A DNA stretch of 64,000 nt from Candidatus Cloacimonadales bacterium. GTDB taxonomy: Bacteria > Cloacimonadota > Cloacimonadia > Cloacimonadales > JAFGVF01. Location: NCBI GenBank assembly GCA_963667035.1, contig OY762964.1:1312001-1376000 (forward strand), in the 5' to 3' direction. Position numbers and translations under genes: made by a program. Under the pieces are notes generated by a model that was not told where the DNA came from, ran no database searches, and saw only the letters and a list, made by a program, of their open reading frames with translations. This document shows positions 39,836 to 51,400 of this stretch, in pieces. The first letter of the stretch is position 1, and each line of letters starts with the position of its first letter.

Positions 39836-40013
39836 TAATTAGTTTCTATAGTAATCAAGCATGAGGTTGTGTAGTATTTTAGATATCATTGACTTGTCAT
39901 AAGATACTAAGCATATTACTTACTTGATTGGCGTAACCGGTACAGATTAAACCACAGTGCCACATTTGTTTACAATATTCAACTCCCATCACTGCTATAT
40001 TAACTATCTAAGC

Positions 40014-40691
40014 TTAGTTATTAAGCTTCTTTTTACCTCTCACAACTCTCTGTGCTGCCATTCTGAATATTCTCTGATAAGCAACATTATCAGGACTTGA
40101 TTTAAGTGCTGTTTCTAAGAATGGCAATGCTTTTTCATAGTCATGGGACTGCATTATTATAGAAGTTCCTAGAAGATAATTTACTGTAGTATTATCATTA
40201 TCTAAGCTGAATGCTTCTTCTAAACTGATAATTGCATCACTAAACTTTTTATTATCATATTTCTGAAGGGCGTGTTTTATAAGCTTTTGGACTCGAATAT
40301 ATTGGTTACGTTTATCTGCATCTGATACAGTAGCTAAGTATTTCTTATAATTGATATTAGTCGGATGATCTTTAACTAATACTTTAAGTAATCTAATTGC
40401 TTCCTGCCAATCTCCGGTATGGAGTTTACACTCAGCCATAGAGACCATTGCTATCTCGTTATCCGGATATACAGCTAGTACTTTCAACAGATAAGACTCT
40501 GCTTTCCCGTATTTTGCACGAGAAAGCAAAGTCAACGCATAGTTATATTGATTTTCGGGACTATTCTCTATAAGCAAGAGCTTCTCAAACGCTTTTGATG
40601 CTTTATCGATTCTCCCTCTTGCCATCAAACTCTGTCCCTTTATTCTGAGACGTTTCTTTTTATAATCATTCAGCATTTCTGCAATCATCAA
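40014..40691 (-). CDS. TPR protein
   Basis: Repeated TPR-like helices (A...L.K.L...PDN); overlaps the upstream ABC gene. Confidence 0.8.
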   Translation of the reverse strand: MMIAEMLNDYKKKRLRIKGQSLMARGRIDKASKAFEKLLLIENSPENQYNYALTLLSRAKYGKAESYLLKVLAVYPDNEIAMVSMAECKLHTGDWQEAIRLLKVLVKDHPTNINYKKYLATVSDADKRNQYIRVQKLIKHALQKYDNKKFSDAIISLEEAFSLDNDNTTVNYLLGTSIIMQSHDYEKALPFLETALKSSPDNVAYQRIFRMAAQRVVRGKKKLNN

Positions 40692-42447
40692 TTTTCTCCG
40701 TCTTCTTAAGCATTATCTGGTTGTATAAGTCACTGTTCTGTAACAATTCCTTATTGGAACCCTCTGCTTTAACTGTTCCTTCGTCAAGAACAATTATTCT
40801 ATCAGCTCTCTTAGCTGTTGCCAATCTATGAGTTACTACTATACTTGTTAAAGCATCATTAGATTTTTTTAGCTTAATCCAGAAGTTATTTTCTGTTTCT
40901 GCATCCATCGCTGCTGTACAATCATCCATAAGGATAACTTGAGGTTTTCGAATAAGTGTTCTTGCAATAGATAATCTTTGCTTTTGCCCACCGGACAAAC
41001 TAATACCTTTTTGACCAAGTTTAGTCTCCATTTTAAGAGGAAAAGCATTTACTTCATCCGTCATTAATGATATATCTAAGCTATCGGCCACTTCCTGTTC
41101 CGTGAACTCATTCCCAAGCAACAGATTATGGTGAATCGTTTCACTAAATAGAACATTCTCTTGTCTGATATACCCGAATATTCTTCCAATATCTGAATTT
41201 TTATAAACACGAATAGATTCACCATTTAATCTGATTTCACCTTTAGTAGGTTCCAGGTTACCGGCAATCAGTTCCAATAAAGTACTCTTTCCACTTCCTA
41301 CTTTTCCAACTATAGCAACTGTCTCTCCCCTCTTTATACTCAAGTTAATATCTCTGAGTACAGGTGCTACAGCATCATCATATTGATATGTAATATTCTT
41401 CAACTCAATTGTATCTGCTGAGTCTAGAATCTTTGTTCCTATCTCATGATGGTTATCCGGATAGCATTCGGTTGTCTCATCCAATCTATCAACATATTTA
41501 AAGACTTGCTTGGATGAGGCATAGAACCATGAAAGTGTCCAAATTGGTTCAATCAATCTATTCATATAAGTGATGAACAGCAAAAAAGTACCAAGTGTAA
41601 TTGACTCTTTGATAACTAGAATACTACCAAGAAAGATAACAATTATGCTTCCTGCATGGTTCACCAGCATAGAATAGAATTGAATAATCTGATTCATTTT
41701 TAAGAACTGCTTCTCTTTAACCACTCTATCATCTAAAGCTTCATTATACTTCCTGAGTTGGTCTTCCTCGCTTATAGTAGTCTTAATCACTCTTATCCCT
41801 GAAAAACAAGCTTCGAGTATATTGTTACAAGTAGAAATAGACTTTTGTCTTTCCAGAGTATATCGTGTCATCTTATCTTCTGCTTTTGCAAGTATTAAAA
41901 CTAGAAAAGGCAGTAGCACAAATGATGACAAAGTTAAAATTACTGAGTAGCTAAACATTACACCTAATGTCATACCAAGAATAAGAATAGCTTCTAAAGG
42001 TCTCAATAAACCTGAGCATGAATACCAATGAATTCTATCCCAATCACCATCAATATCCGATGTTAATCTTGTTAATAAATCACCTGTACGAAACTTCTTG
42101 AAAAAGGCACTTATCTTATTTGTATAAATCTGATAATACTTAATCCTAAGGTTACGAGCAAAAAGATTGTTCATAAGACCTCTGGAATAAGGTAGTGCAT
42201 GTAAGACAAATTCGTGTAGTACCGTGAATATCAGATAAATGAATATCATATGATAGACTTTAGTCGGGACAAAATCCCCGGTTAGCTCATCGACTATATT
42301 TTTCAGTAATATCGGATATGCTGTCTTAATTCCAATTGTAATAATTGTGAATAATACTATTCCGGTAATCTGCAATGGATATTCTTTCCAGAGCTTGAAA
42401 AACCATTTAAAGTAATAAATCGTTTTTCTGTTCTGTTTATTATTCAT
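40666..42447 (-). CDS. ABC exporter subunit (TMD+NBD)
   Basis: RTGDLLTR, GKVGSGKS, LSGGQKQR, degenerate Walker B MDDC. ATG at 42447 after GGAG. Confidence 0.9.
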   Translation of the reverse strand: MNNKQNRKTIYYFKWFFKLWKEYPLQITGIVLFTIITIGIKTAYPILLKNIVDELTGDFVPTKVYHMIFIYLIFTVLHEFVLHALPYSRGLMNNLFARNLRIKYYQIYTNKISAFFKKFRTGDLLTRLTSDIDGDWDRIHWYSCSGLLRPLEAILILGMTLGVMFSYSVILTLSSFVLLPFLVLILAKAEDKMTRYTLERQKSISTCNNILEACFSGIRVIKTTISEEDQLRKYNEALDDRVVKEKQFLKMNQIIQFYSMLVNHAGSIIVIFLGSILVIKESITLGTFLLFITYMNRLIEPIWTLSWFYASSKQVFKYVDRLDETTECYPDNHHEIGTKILDSADTIELKNITYQYDDAVAPVLRDINLSIKRGETVAIVGKVGSGKSTLLELIAGNLEPTKGEIRLNGESIRVYKNSDIGRIFGYIRQENVLFSETIHHNLLLGNEFTEQEVADSLDISLMTDEVNAFPLKMETKLGQKGISLSGGQKQRLSIARTLIRKPQVILMDDCTAAMDAETENNFWIKLKKSNDALTSIVVTHRLATAKRADRIIVLDEGTVKAEGSNKELLQNSDLYNQIMLKKTEKIDDCRNAE

Positions 42448-44200
42448 TATGTGCTCCCATTTGGGTTCGGTAAAGTCTAGCATATTCCCCATTCATAGCA
42501 ATCAAATCCTTATGATTACCTTCTTCTGCAACTCTACCATCTTTAATCAACACTATATTATCAGCATGGGTAATTGTTGAAAGACGATGGGCAATAATTA
42601 TTGAAGTTCTACCTTTCAATAGTTTCTCCATGCTCAATCTAATCATCTCTTCAGTATAGGGGTCAACAGAGCTGGTTGCTTCATCCATGATAAGTATATC
42701 AGGATCAAAAGTTAAAGCTCTTGAAAATGATAGCAATTGCCTTTCTCCAAAGCTGAGATTACCTCCCTCTTCAGCGACCGGAGTCTCAAATCCTTGTGGC
42801 ATTTTTCTAATCAAATCATCTATGCCCATAAGCCTGGTTGCGTTATAAGCATTATCTTCCGATATATCTGTTCTCAGTACTCTCAAGTTATCAAGTATTG
42901 TACCCGGGAAAAGATAAATATCCTGAAGAACCAGACTCATCATTGACCTTAGTTTCTTACGAGAAACTGATCGTAAGTCATGACCGTCGATAGTAATTCT
43001 TCCTTCCTGCGGATCATAGAATCGTGCTAGTAAAGATATTGTAGTAGTTTTACCTGAACCTGTTGGTCCTACTATTGCCAGTGTCTGACCTTTTTTAACT
43101 GAAATGTTTATATCTTTTAGAACCGGTTTCTCAGGCTCGTATGCAAAACTAACATTTTCAAAGCGTATCTCATCTTCAAACGAAAACTCTTTGTCTTCAA
43201 TACCATCCTTTAACTCTGACTTAGTATCCAGGATTTCAAAAATTCTATCAGTAGCTCCTAAGGCTCTTTGTACTTGTCCTATCTGTTCAGATATCATTAT
43301 TAGAGGATGAATAGCCATCATTAAATACTGAATAAACATCCAAACAGTACCAATAGTTATTGTTCCTAGTTGTAACCATGTAACACTCTTATATAGAAGT
43401 AAGATTATCACTAGTTCAGGTAATAGCATAATCAGAAACCAAACTCCTTGTTCCAAAGCTTCAAGCTTAGCTATCATTAAGAAAAAATCATGATTTATCA
43501 ATCTGCTCTTCTTTCTAGACCAATCTAGGTTGTTTAGATTTCTCAAAACAGGAATACTCTTAATATGCTCACCTAAGAATCCTGAAATCAAAGAGTACTT
43601 TTCTCTTTCTTTCCTATAAAGCGGTCTCATGACCTTATAAAAGAAAACTGCAGTAGCTGCATATATAGGGGCAATTGCCATAACTACCAAAGTTAGATTC
43701 TTATTAGTCATGAACATTATCGTAAAAGCTATTATTACATTCAGAATAGCCCAAATGAAGTTAAGACCAACTGATGAAAAAAGCATATACAATTTTTGAG
43801 AATCGCTTTCAACCCTGCTAATCAGCTTTCCTGGTTGATGCTTATCGTAGAAACTTACAGGCAACTCCAAAAGATGCTTAAGCGTTTTTTGTTTTATATC
43901 ATTTACAATTTCTATTCCCATAAAACCGACAAGTAAGGATTGAAAATACTGAAATCCTCCTTGTAAGATAAGGAGTCCAAGATATATTAATCCTATCATA
44001 ATAATTTGTGCCATCACTTTTGACGGAATTGCCGTATCTATTAAGTGACGAAACACCAGAGGTAGACTACTACTTAAGCCTGTTGTAACTACTACAAGAA
44101 TTACAGCTTGAGATAATTGCCTACTGTGCCCTCTAAAAAAAGGGAAAACCCGTTTTAAAGAAGACAGTTTTGCTTTTTTAACATTACTTTCTTCATTCAT
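42440..44200 (-). CDS. ABC exporter subunit (TMD+NBD), heterodimer partner
   Basis: GPTGSGKT, degenerate signature LSFGERQ, DEATSS. Confidence 0.9.
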   Translation of the reverse strand: MNEESNVKKAKLSSLKRVFPFFRGHSRQLSQAVILVVVTTGLSSSLPLVFRHLIDTAIPSKVMAQIIMIGLIYLGLLILQGGFQYFQSLLVGFMGIEIVNDIKQKTLKHLLELPVSFYDKHQPGKLISRVESDSQKLYMLFSSVGLNFIWAILNVIIAFTIMFMTNKNLTLVVMAIAPIYAATAVFFYKVMRPLYRKEREKYSLISGFLGEHIKSIPVLRNLNNLDWSRKKSRLINHDFFLMIAKLEALEQGVWFLIMLLPELVIILLLYKSVTWLQLGTITIGTVWMFIQYLMMAIHPLIMISEQIGQVQRALGATDRIFEILDTKSELKDGIEDKEFSFEDEIRFENVSFAYEPEKPVLKDINISVKKGQTLAIVGPTGSGKTTTISLLARFYDPQEGRITIDGHDLRSVSRKKLRSMMSLVLQDIYLFPGTILDNLRVLRTDISEDNAYNATRLMGIDDLIRKMPQGFETPVAEEGGNLSFGERQLLSFSRALTFDPDILIMDEATSSVDPYTEEMIRLSMEKLLKGRTSIIIAHRLSTITHADNIVLIKDGRVAEEGNHKDLIAMNGEYARLYRTQMGAHNE

Positions 44201-44557
44201 TTGTGGAATCCTTAAATATGATTTGTTTTGCCGAAACCAAGGGAATGATGCAATGTTTTAATTCAATCTCTATATGGCAACCTTTTTTTCAATATTTACA
44301 AATGGACATTAACTTTATCTAATCATTTATTGTACATAGAGCTATGACTTCAAATATTTTACATAATTATTGATAATCTAAAAAATAATGGAGTAACTTC
44401 ATTAGAAGACAGAGTATTAAGTTTAATGATTGATATTCAATACTTCACAACTTTCATATTTATTCATACAAGCTCTTTGCTAATGTAATAGTTAATCAAA
44501 ACTTGTTTATATGCACAAAATCAAAACTTTATTGACATTGCAAGAGCGGTTTACAAA

Positions 44558-44586
44558 TTGACATTGAAATAAATGATAATTTTAAT
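44558..44586 (+). promoter_or_regulatory. Putative sigma70 promoter of lysS
   Basis: TTGACA-17 nt-TTTAAT. Confidence 0.5.
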
Positions 44587-44671
44587 TGCGGTTATCAACA
44601 GTCATATACTATCCCCCACAGATACACGACAGATAACCGCAAACATATTTTAATATTAATGTGGAGCTAAG

Positions 44672-46168
44672 ATGGAACAGAATGTAAAACAGGTTATAGG
44701 TCTCAAGAAGCAGAAGTTGCAAAAGATTAGAGATTTGGGTATCAACCCTTATCCTACTAGTTGCGAAAGAACTCATTATATTAAGCAATTGCTTGATAAT
44801 GAAGAAGAGTACTTAAAAAACGAAGAAGCCGTAATTGTTACAGGTCGTCTTACAGCTATGCGTCGTCAGGGTAAGGTAGGCTTTGCCGAGATTACCGATA
44901 TGACAGGAAAGATTCAGCTCTTCGTTAAAAAAGATGCTGTTGGTGATGAGAACTATGAAGTTTTCAAACTCTGTGACCTTAGTGATTTTGTTCAAATAAA
45001 CGGTAATGCTTTCATGACCCAGCGTGGTCAATACTCTATATTAGTGAGTAAAATTACTATTTTAAGTAAAAATATCCGACCTATTCCAACTGTAAAGGAA
45101 AAGGTAATCGATGGTAAGACTGTCCGTTACGATGAATTTACCGATATTGAGCTTAGATATAGAAAACGTTATCTTGATTTACTCTTGAATCCTGATAATA
45201 AAGAAACTTTCATTAAACGTTCTCGCATTATCTCTTTTATCCGAAACTATCTTGACAGCATCGGCTTTATAGAAGTTGAAACACCGACATTACAACCTTT
45301 GTATGGTGGAGCAAACGCAAGACCTTTTATTACTCATCACAACAGCCTTGGAGCTGATTTATACTTAAGAATTGCGACCGAACTATATCTCAAAAGACTG
45401 ATTATCGGTGGATATGAGAAAGTTTATGAGATTGGAAAGAATTTCCGTAATGAAGGTATGGACAGGACACATAATCCGGAGTTTACTCTTATTGAGCTTT
45501 ATGAAGCTTACTCCAATCTTGGCGGTATGATGAAAATTACCGAAGAATTATTCAGTCAAGCCTGTGATAAAGTAAACGGAACTACGGATATTGCTTATGA
45601 AGGTCATAACATATCTTTAAAAACTCCTTTCCGAAGAGCTTCAATGCTTGAATTAATAGAAGAACATGCTGGTGTTGATGTTAGTAACTATAGTTTTGAT
45701 GAACTTGTTGCATTTTGCAATGAAAAGCACATAGATATTCCTAAAGGTGCAGGTTCAGGAAAGCTTATAGCAGAGATTTTTGAGCATTTTGCCGAAGAAA
45801 AGCTAATTCAACCTACATTTGTTATAGATCATCCTAAAGAGATCTCTCCTCTGGCAAAAGCAAAACCAGGTAATCCTTTGTTTACTGAAAGATTTGAGCT
45901 TTTCGTTGCAGGTTATGAGTTTGCTAATGCCTTTACAGAGTTAAATGATCCTATAGACCAAAGAGAACGTCTTGAATCTCAATCAAAGTTACGTGCACTT
46001 GGAGATCTTGAAGCTAATGTAATCGATGAGGATTTTCTTGAAGCAATGGAATATGGAATGCCTCCTACCGGTGGACTAGGAATAGGTATTGATAGATTTG
46101 TTATGTTGTTAACAAGCAACGAATCAATTAAAGAAGTTATCCTCTTCCCCACTATGAAACCTGAATAA
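44672..46168 (+). CDS. lysS: Lysine--tRNA ligase (class II)
   Basis: RYRKRYLDL, GGANARPF, FRNEG..RTHNPEFT, YGMPPTGGLGIGIDR. Confidence 0.97.
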   Translation: MEQNVKQVIGLKKQKLQKIRDLGINPYPTSCERTHYIKQLLDNEEEYLKNEEAVIVTGRLTAMRRQGKVGFAEITDMTGKIQLFVKKDAVGDENYEVFKLCDLSDFVQINGNAFMTQRGQYSILVSKITILSKNIRPIPTVKEKVIDGKTVRYDEFTDIELRYRKRYLDLLLNPDNKETFIKRSRIISFIRNYLDSIGFIEVETPTLQPLYGGANARPFITHHNSLGADLYLRIATELYLKRLIIGGYEKVYEIGKNFRNEGMDRTHNPEFTLIELYEAYSNLGGMMKITEELFSQACDKVNGTTDIAYEGHNISLKTPFRRASMLELIEEHAGVDVSNYSFDELVAFCNEKHIDIPKGAGSGKLIAEIFEHFAEEKLIQPTFVIDHPKEISPLAKAKPGNPLFTERFELFVAGYEFANAFTELNDPIDQRERLESQSKLRALGDLEANVIDEDFLEAMEYGMPPTGGLGIGIDRFVMLLTSNESIKEVILFPTMKPE

Positions 46169-46191
46169 TTAATCGATAGAAGCTTATAGAT

Positions 46192-46225
46192 AAAGGCAAG
46201 AAATGAATTATTTCTTGCCTTTTTT
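46192..46225 (+). terminator. Rho-independent terminator
   Basis: AAAGGCAAGAAAT/ATTTCTTGCCTTTTTT. Confidence 0.85.
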
Positions 46226-46269
46226 ATATTTCAGTTAATATTTACATAATAAACAAAAATGGAGGATTT

Positions 46270-47103
46270 ATGTTAAAAAGAGTATTACTTTTAAGTATTA
46301 TAACAATTTCTGCTATGGCTATGTCTGCTCAATCTCCTTGGATTTTGAAAGGCGACATGAATCTACTGATAAATCAGAGTTACTATAGCGATAATTGGTC
46401 AGGCGATGAAGAAAGTGCTGTTGATTGGGTTGGAAGAGTTAATATGTCAGCAGACAGACCTTTATCGGAATTAGTTTACTGGAAGAATAAAGCTGAGCTC
46501 AAATGGGGTCAGAAACATGTCTATAATAAAGACACCGAGAAATGGTATAAACCCACTGAATCTGAAGATCAGATAGTTCTTGAGTCAATCTTTGATTTTC
46601 ACGTAAGTAAACATTTTGATTTATATGCTTCAGTTAGAGACGAAACATATTTCACGAATACAGATAATGACCTGTTTGATCCAAACCTCTTAATTGAATC
46701 AGTTGGTTTAAGTAAGGACTTCATAAAGCAAGAGAAGATGAATCTTAATAGTCGTTTAGGTTGGGCAGCAAGACAATTAATGAACAGAGGTCAGACAACA
46801 ATTACCGATTCCGGTGCTGAATCTGTGACTATCTTTACAAATGTTTTCATGAAAGATATGGCTAAGTTTAAATCCGAGTTAAGACTATATCAAGCAATTT
46901 ATAATTCTGAAGCCGATGATCTTTACGATGGTAATGATGATTGGAAATCTCTTGATATGCAATGGAAGAATGACCTCACAATCCAATTGATGAAATATAT
47001 TGGAGTTGGTTTCTACTTTGAGCTTGATTATGACAAGCAAGTTGATAAAGAAATGTATTATAAAGAAACACTTGGTCTCTCCGTTACTTATAATCTTTTC
47101 TAA
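46270..47103 (+). CDS. Outer-membrane beta-barrel protein (DUF3078-like)
   Basis: Signal peptide, NQSYYSDNWSGDE, C-terminal LGLSVTYNLF barrel signature. Confidence 0.7.
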   Translation: MLKRVLLLSIITISAMAMSAQSPWILKGDMNLLINQSYYSDNWSGDEESAVDWVGRVNMSADRPLSELVYWKNKAELKWGQKHVYNKDTEKWYKPTESEDQIVLESIFDFHVSKHFDLYASVRDETYFTNTDNDLFDPNLLIESVGLSKDFIKQEKMNLNSRLGWAARQLMNRGQTTITDSGAESVTIFTNVFMKDMAKFKSELRLYQAIYNSEADDLYDGNDDWKSLDMQWKNDLTIQLMKYIGVGFYFELDYDKQVDKEMYYKETLGLSVTYNLF

Positions 47104-47124
47104 TCAATATTTAACAATATAGTT

Positions 47125-47158
47125 ACAGGGAAGCATTTCTGCTTCCCTGTTTCTTTTT
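47125..47158 (+). terminator. Rho-independent terminator
   Basis: ACAGGGAAGCA/TGCTTCCCTGT followed by a T-rich tail. Confidence 0.85.
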
Positions 47159-47340
47159 ATTATCATTCTACATTTCAAATCTGTTTATATGTGAACTTAC
47201 TTTTTATGATCGACAATATACTTAATCACATTGTAATATTTACACATATTTCTATTTACTCCCCTAATCCCTGAACAAAACTGTTAATCTATTTGTGTGT
47301 TATCACATCAAATTGTTTAAACGAATTACTAAAGTACGAT

Positions 47341-47468
47341 TATCGCACTGTTTTTCCACTGTGCACGCACTGTGAACCCGGTGTTTCAGTGCGTGGATAG
47401 TGCGTCCACAGTGGCTGCACAGTGCAAACACAGTGCGTTGGTAGAGTATGGAGTGTGGGAAAACAGTG
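47341..47468. repeat. Dispersed 11-bp-phased CACTG/CAGTG element, copy 2 (inverted)
   Basis: CACTG at 47346, 47357, 47368; GTGAACCCGGTG; (C/T)AGTG at 47387, 47398, 47409, 47420, 47431, 47464. Confidence 0.85.
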
Positions 47469-47748
47469 AGGGTAACCTATTCAGAAAACTACATAGTTAT
47501 CATAGTTTTATGAAATCCCATGTAATTTGTATATCATTGAATGTAATATAGTTGTGAACAATGTTGACAAGTTTATGTGCGAGGTGATTGTTTAATATTT
47601 GTTCTGGTCTTAATGTTTGTGCATCTAAAATTCCATAGACAGGCAATTATAGATGTTGGACTGGATAATTTAATAATTAAATAAAAAATATTGAGATTAG
47701 GAATATTAATTGCAATAAGTATTGCTGTCAATGTATTCGGAGGTAATT

Positions 47749-48423
47749 ATGAAAAAACTGATTCTTGCTATTCTTATCATTTCTGTATCATTCATTTTTG
47801 CAGTTGAATCACTAACAGTGCTTTCTCAATTTATCTTACCCGAAGGTGCAGCTTATGGGGGGCTCACGAATACCATAGAGGTGGTGATGTTAATAATGAT
47901 GGATTTGATGGTTAAAGCTAGAGATATTAATGAAGTGCATATCTACTTTGGTGGAGAAAATATTTCTTTTGAACCGGATATCATTATACCTATTGAAGTA
48001 GCTGAAGCTCCATTCACAAATTATGGAGACTTAGGTGACATAAATGGGGATGGAAGAAACGATATTCTTGTAAATGAAGGTGGTGATATGAACACTGCTA
48101 CAGTTTATTATATGGAGACTAACGCTAATGAGGATAGTACTCAACCAATTCTAACAGAAACCAGTAATTATCCGAACCCTTTTTCTGACAATACTACTTT
48201 TGAAATCAATTTAAACAAAACAAAGCTATTCGATGCAAAGGTGCAAATATTCAATATAAAAGGACAGAAAATCCGAGAGATACCAATTGAACCATCTAAA
48301 GATGTAATATGGGATGTGAAGGATCAAGATAATGGTTCTGTACCTTCCGGTGTATATTTATATCGAGTTGTGACTCAAGAGTATTACTCGAACACAGCAA
48401 AAATGCTTTATTTAAAACAATAG
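47749..48423 (+). CDS. Secreted FG-GAP + FlgD/T9SS-CTD protein, probably internally deleted or decayed
   Basis: Signal peptide, GDINGDGRNDIL, NYPNPF...SGVYLYRV. A second FG-GAP motif (GGDVNNDGFD) is present only in the -1 frame at 47880. Confidence 0.65.
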   Translation: MKKLILAILIISVSFIFAVESLTVLSQFILPEGAAYGGLTNTIEVVMLIMMDLMVKARDINEVHIYFGGENISFEPDIIIPIEVAEAPFTNYGDLGDINGDGRNDILVNEGGDMNTATVYYMETNANEDSTQPILTETSNYPNPFSDNTTFEINLNKTKLFDAKVQIFNIKGQKIREIPIEPSKDVIWDVKDQDNGSVPSGVYLYRVVTQEYYSNTAKMLYLKQ

Positions 48424-48431
48424 GAGATTAA

Positions 48432-51400
48432 ATGAAAAGATTAGCTTCATTGCTGATGTTACTTATGTCATTAACACTTGTGGCAGTGAGTCATACGATT
48501 AGTTATTCATATCCTAACTTAACAATTACAGAAGATTCTTTAAGTTACAATGTCATTGAGTATAGTAACTTAAGTCAGACAGATATTAGGTCTGCACCAG
48601 CATTACCAGTGGAATATTTAAACTTCATTATACCTACTGGTACTGATGTCGGTTCAATTACCATTAGTAATTCAACACAAGAATTGGTAGCAGATACAAT
48701 AAATGTAACACCATCTGTTGGCCCAATTTATATGATTGGTGAATATCAACCAGCATCTCCTGATTCAACAATATACTCAAGTAATGACCTATATCCATTG
48801 AATAGTGTTGAGGTTGTTAATCATATGTATATTGGAGCAAATAGAATTGTGAAATTAGCAATATATCCATTACAGGTCAAACCTCAAAGTGAAAAGCTTT
48901 ATATTAATAAGTCTATTAATTTTACTCTAAACACTGTATCTAGTACACAACTATACTTTACCCAGTCAAAATGCCATGCAAGCTATCATGAAAGCTTGAC
49001 AGAAAAATTGGAGTTACTTGTAGAAAATGATTCCGATATTCCACTTTACATGAATATCCCTCCAATAATAGAAGAAGATCCAGGAGCTGAAGATTTTGAG
49101 ATGGTAATAATTGGAGCTGCGGAATATGAAGATGATTTTGAGGAATTCATTGAATGGAAAAATTTGAAAGGCTGTAAAACAAAGTATAAATCAACAGAGA
49201 CTATTGCTCTTCAGTATTCAGGCTATCCTTGGGGAGAACATCCAATTAGTGATTTACCTAGTAAGATAAGAGCATACTTAAAAAATATGTGGCAATCAAA
49301 TTGCTTACGATTTGCTATTATAGTTGGTGGAGGTTCAGATCCTGATCATCATCCAACAGGTACCCACTTACCTGATAATACTTTGAATGTTAGGTATTCT
49401 ACACGAGAACAAAATAGTTGGGATTCTGTTGAGCAACCAGATTGGGACGATTTTGCACGCGTATCGTCAGATTTATATTTTGCTGATTTTGGTGGAGATT
49501 ATGATTTTGATGGTGATGACTATTTTGGTGAGTATTATTCTTCATATTATCAATCAGATATAAATGATGTTGATAGAATTGACCTTGGTAGAGAGATTGC
49601 TATTGGACGTGTTTTGATAACACCACAAGGATCGATATCAGAAGAAGCTAAAATAGTAAGTTGGGTACACAAGACCCTTATTTATGAGCAAAACCCTGGA
49701 TATGGTGATAATCTGTATTTAGATAATACAATAATAGAGAATGGGTATTACTTATCTAATGAAGATGGTTGGACATCACATGTGTTTCTTGAGAATGAAA
49801 TAGATCCGACTACAGGATTTGATATGGAATCTGTATTAGGAAATCTATTTATTGAAGTTGATGGTACAACACTTAAAGCTGCAGGTAGAGGAGATGCAAC
49901 TGCAGGAACACCTACAGGAGCTAATACAATACAAGCATTTAACAATGATTTGGGTTGGGGACTAATAAATCAATATTGCCATGGATGGAAAATCGCTACT
50001 ACTAATTATTCAGGTTCACGAAACGTTACATCCGGTATAAGAGACGGATACTATTTAACAGCACTAGATGCCCAAAATGTAGCATATTTTGGAGGAAATG
50101 AGAGCATAAATGGATACGATAATATAGTCAAGACGGGGAAATATTCAATAATGCTCTCAGCTGCATGTTTAACAGCGCACCATGATGGTGTTAAGCATGG
50201 GGACGATATGTATCCACCGAATCCATTGAATCCTTGGTTCGATGAACCATCAATGGCAGAAAGCTGGACTTGTGGTACTGTAGATGGAGGTGGTCCAGTG
50301 TATATCGGTAATGTTATTCCTGGAACAATGGTTGAGTCGCAACGATCTCTTAATAGAACACTTTATAACTTTTATACTACAAATAATCTAAAACTTTCTG
50401 AATCACTTGCAGCAAGCCTAGAGAACGCCCCTAATGAGATTATTTCCAATGAACTCGTCTATTTCGGAGATCCTGATTTAGATATGTGGGTAGGTGTTCC
50501 TAATGAGATGAATATTAGTCATGATTTCTCCAATAATTCTGTCATTGTAACCGATGCAACAACAAGTTCCCCAATTGAAAATGCAAGTGTTGTGTTTACT
50601 TCAGCAACAGGTGACTATTATTATACTCATACAAATTCTTCCGGTGTTGCATCTCACACAGTAGCCTTTCAGGATGTCTGTGTAACTAAATATAATTATC
50701 TACCATATATTTCCTCAATTGCAGCAGTAAATGAAACCATATCAAGCCAAAGGGAACTAAGATATGACTTAATCGTACCTTCCGGTAGAACTCTAACAGT
50801 TTCAGCAGATTTAGAATTAGATAGTTCTGCAGGGAAAAATGCCAGAATTATAGTCGCAAGTGGAGCAACATTAGTTCTTAGTTCTAGTGCGTCAATTGTC
50901 GGCCACGCTGAGACTTATACACCGAATGGAACTACTGGAATACAGGTAACTATTCCGGGAAATAGTATAGAAGTTTATGGTACATTCAACATTTATGGTG
51001 ATGTAAATAGTCTAGAAACACAGGTTTATACTGGTGGTGTTGTACATCATTACTCTACAGGCAGCATTAATAATGCTCCTGTTGGAGTTTACATTACAGG
51101 GGGTTCTTTTATGCCTCACGGTGGTGATTTTGTTGATTGTGACTTGGCTATAGATTGGGAAACAGGTACATTTGGCTCACTATTTGGTAATACCGATTGT
51201 AATGGAATGTTAATAACAACTACTGAGAGTTTCGGTGGTATAAAACCAACTGGTATCCATTTACCATATGACCCGGATTGCCCAATGTCGTATTCAAACC
51301 TTAACTTTAGCAATTTGAATGCTTGTATTGTAAATTCACCATATACTGAATTGTTATCACCTCAGCCAGAAACCTTTACTCTATCTACTGTAAATGTTCA

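Noticed and set aside
40666..44200. Degenerate ABC motifs (LSFGE, MDDC) as signs of pseudogenisation
   Set aside because: This is the normal asymmetric-site pattern of heterodimeric ABC exporters.
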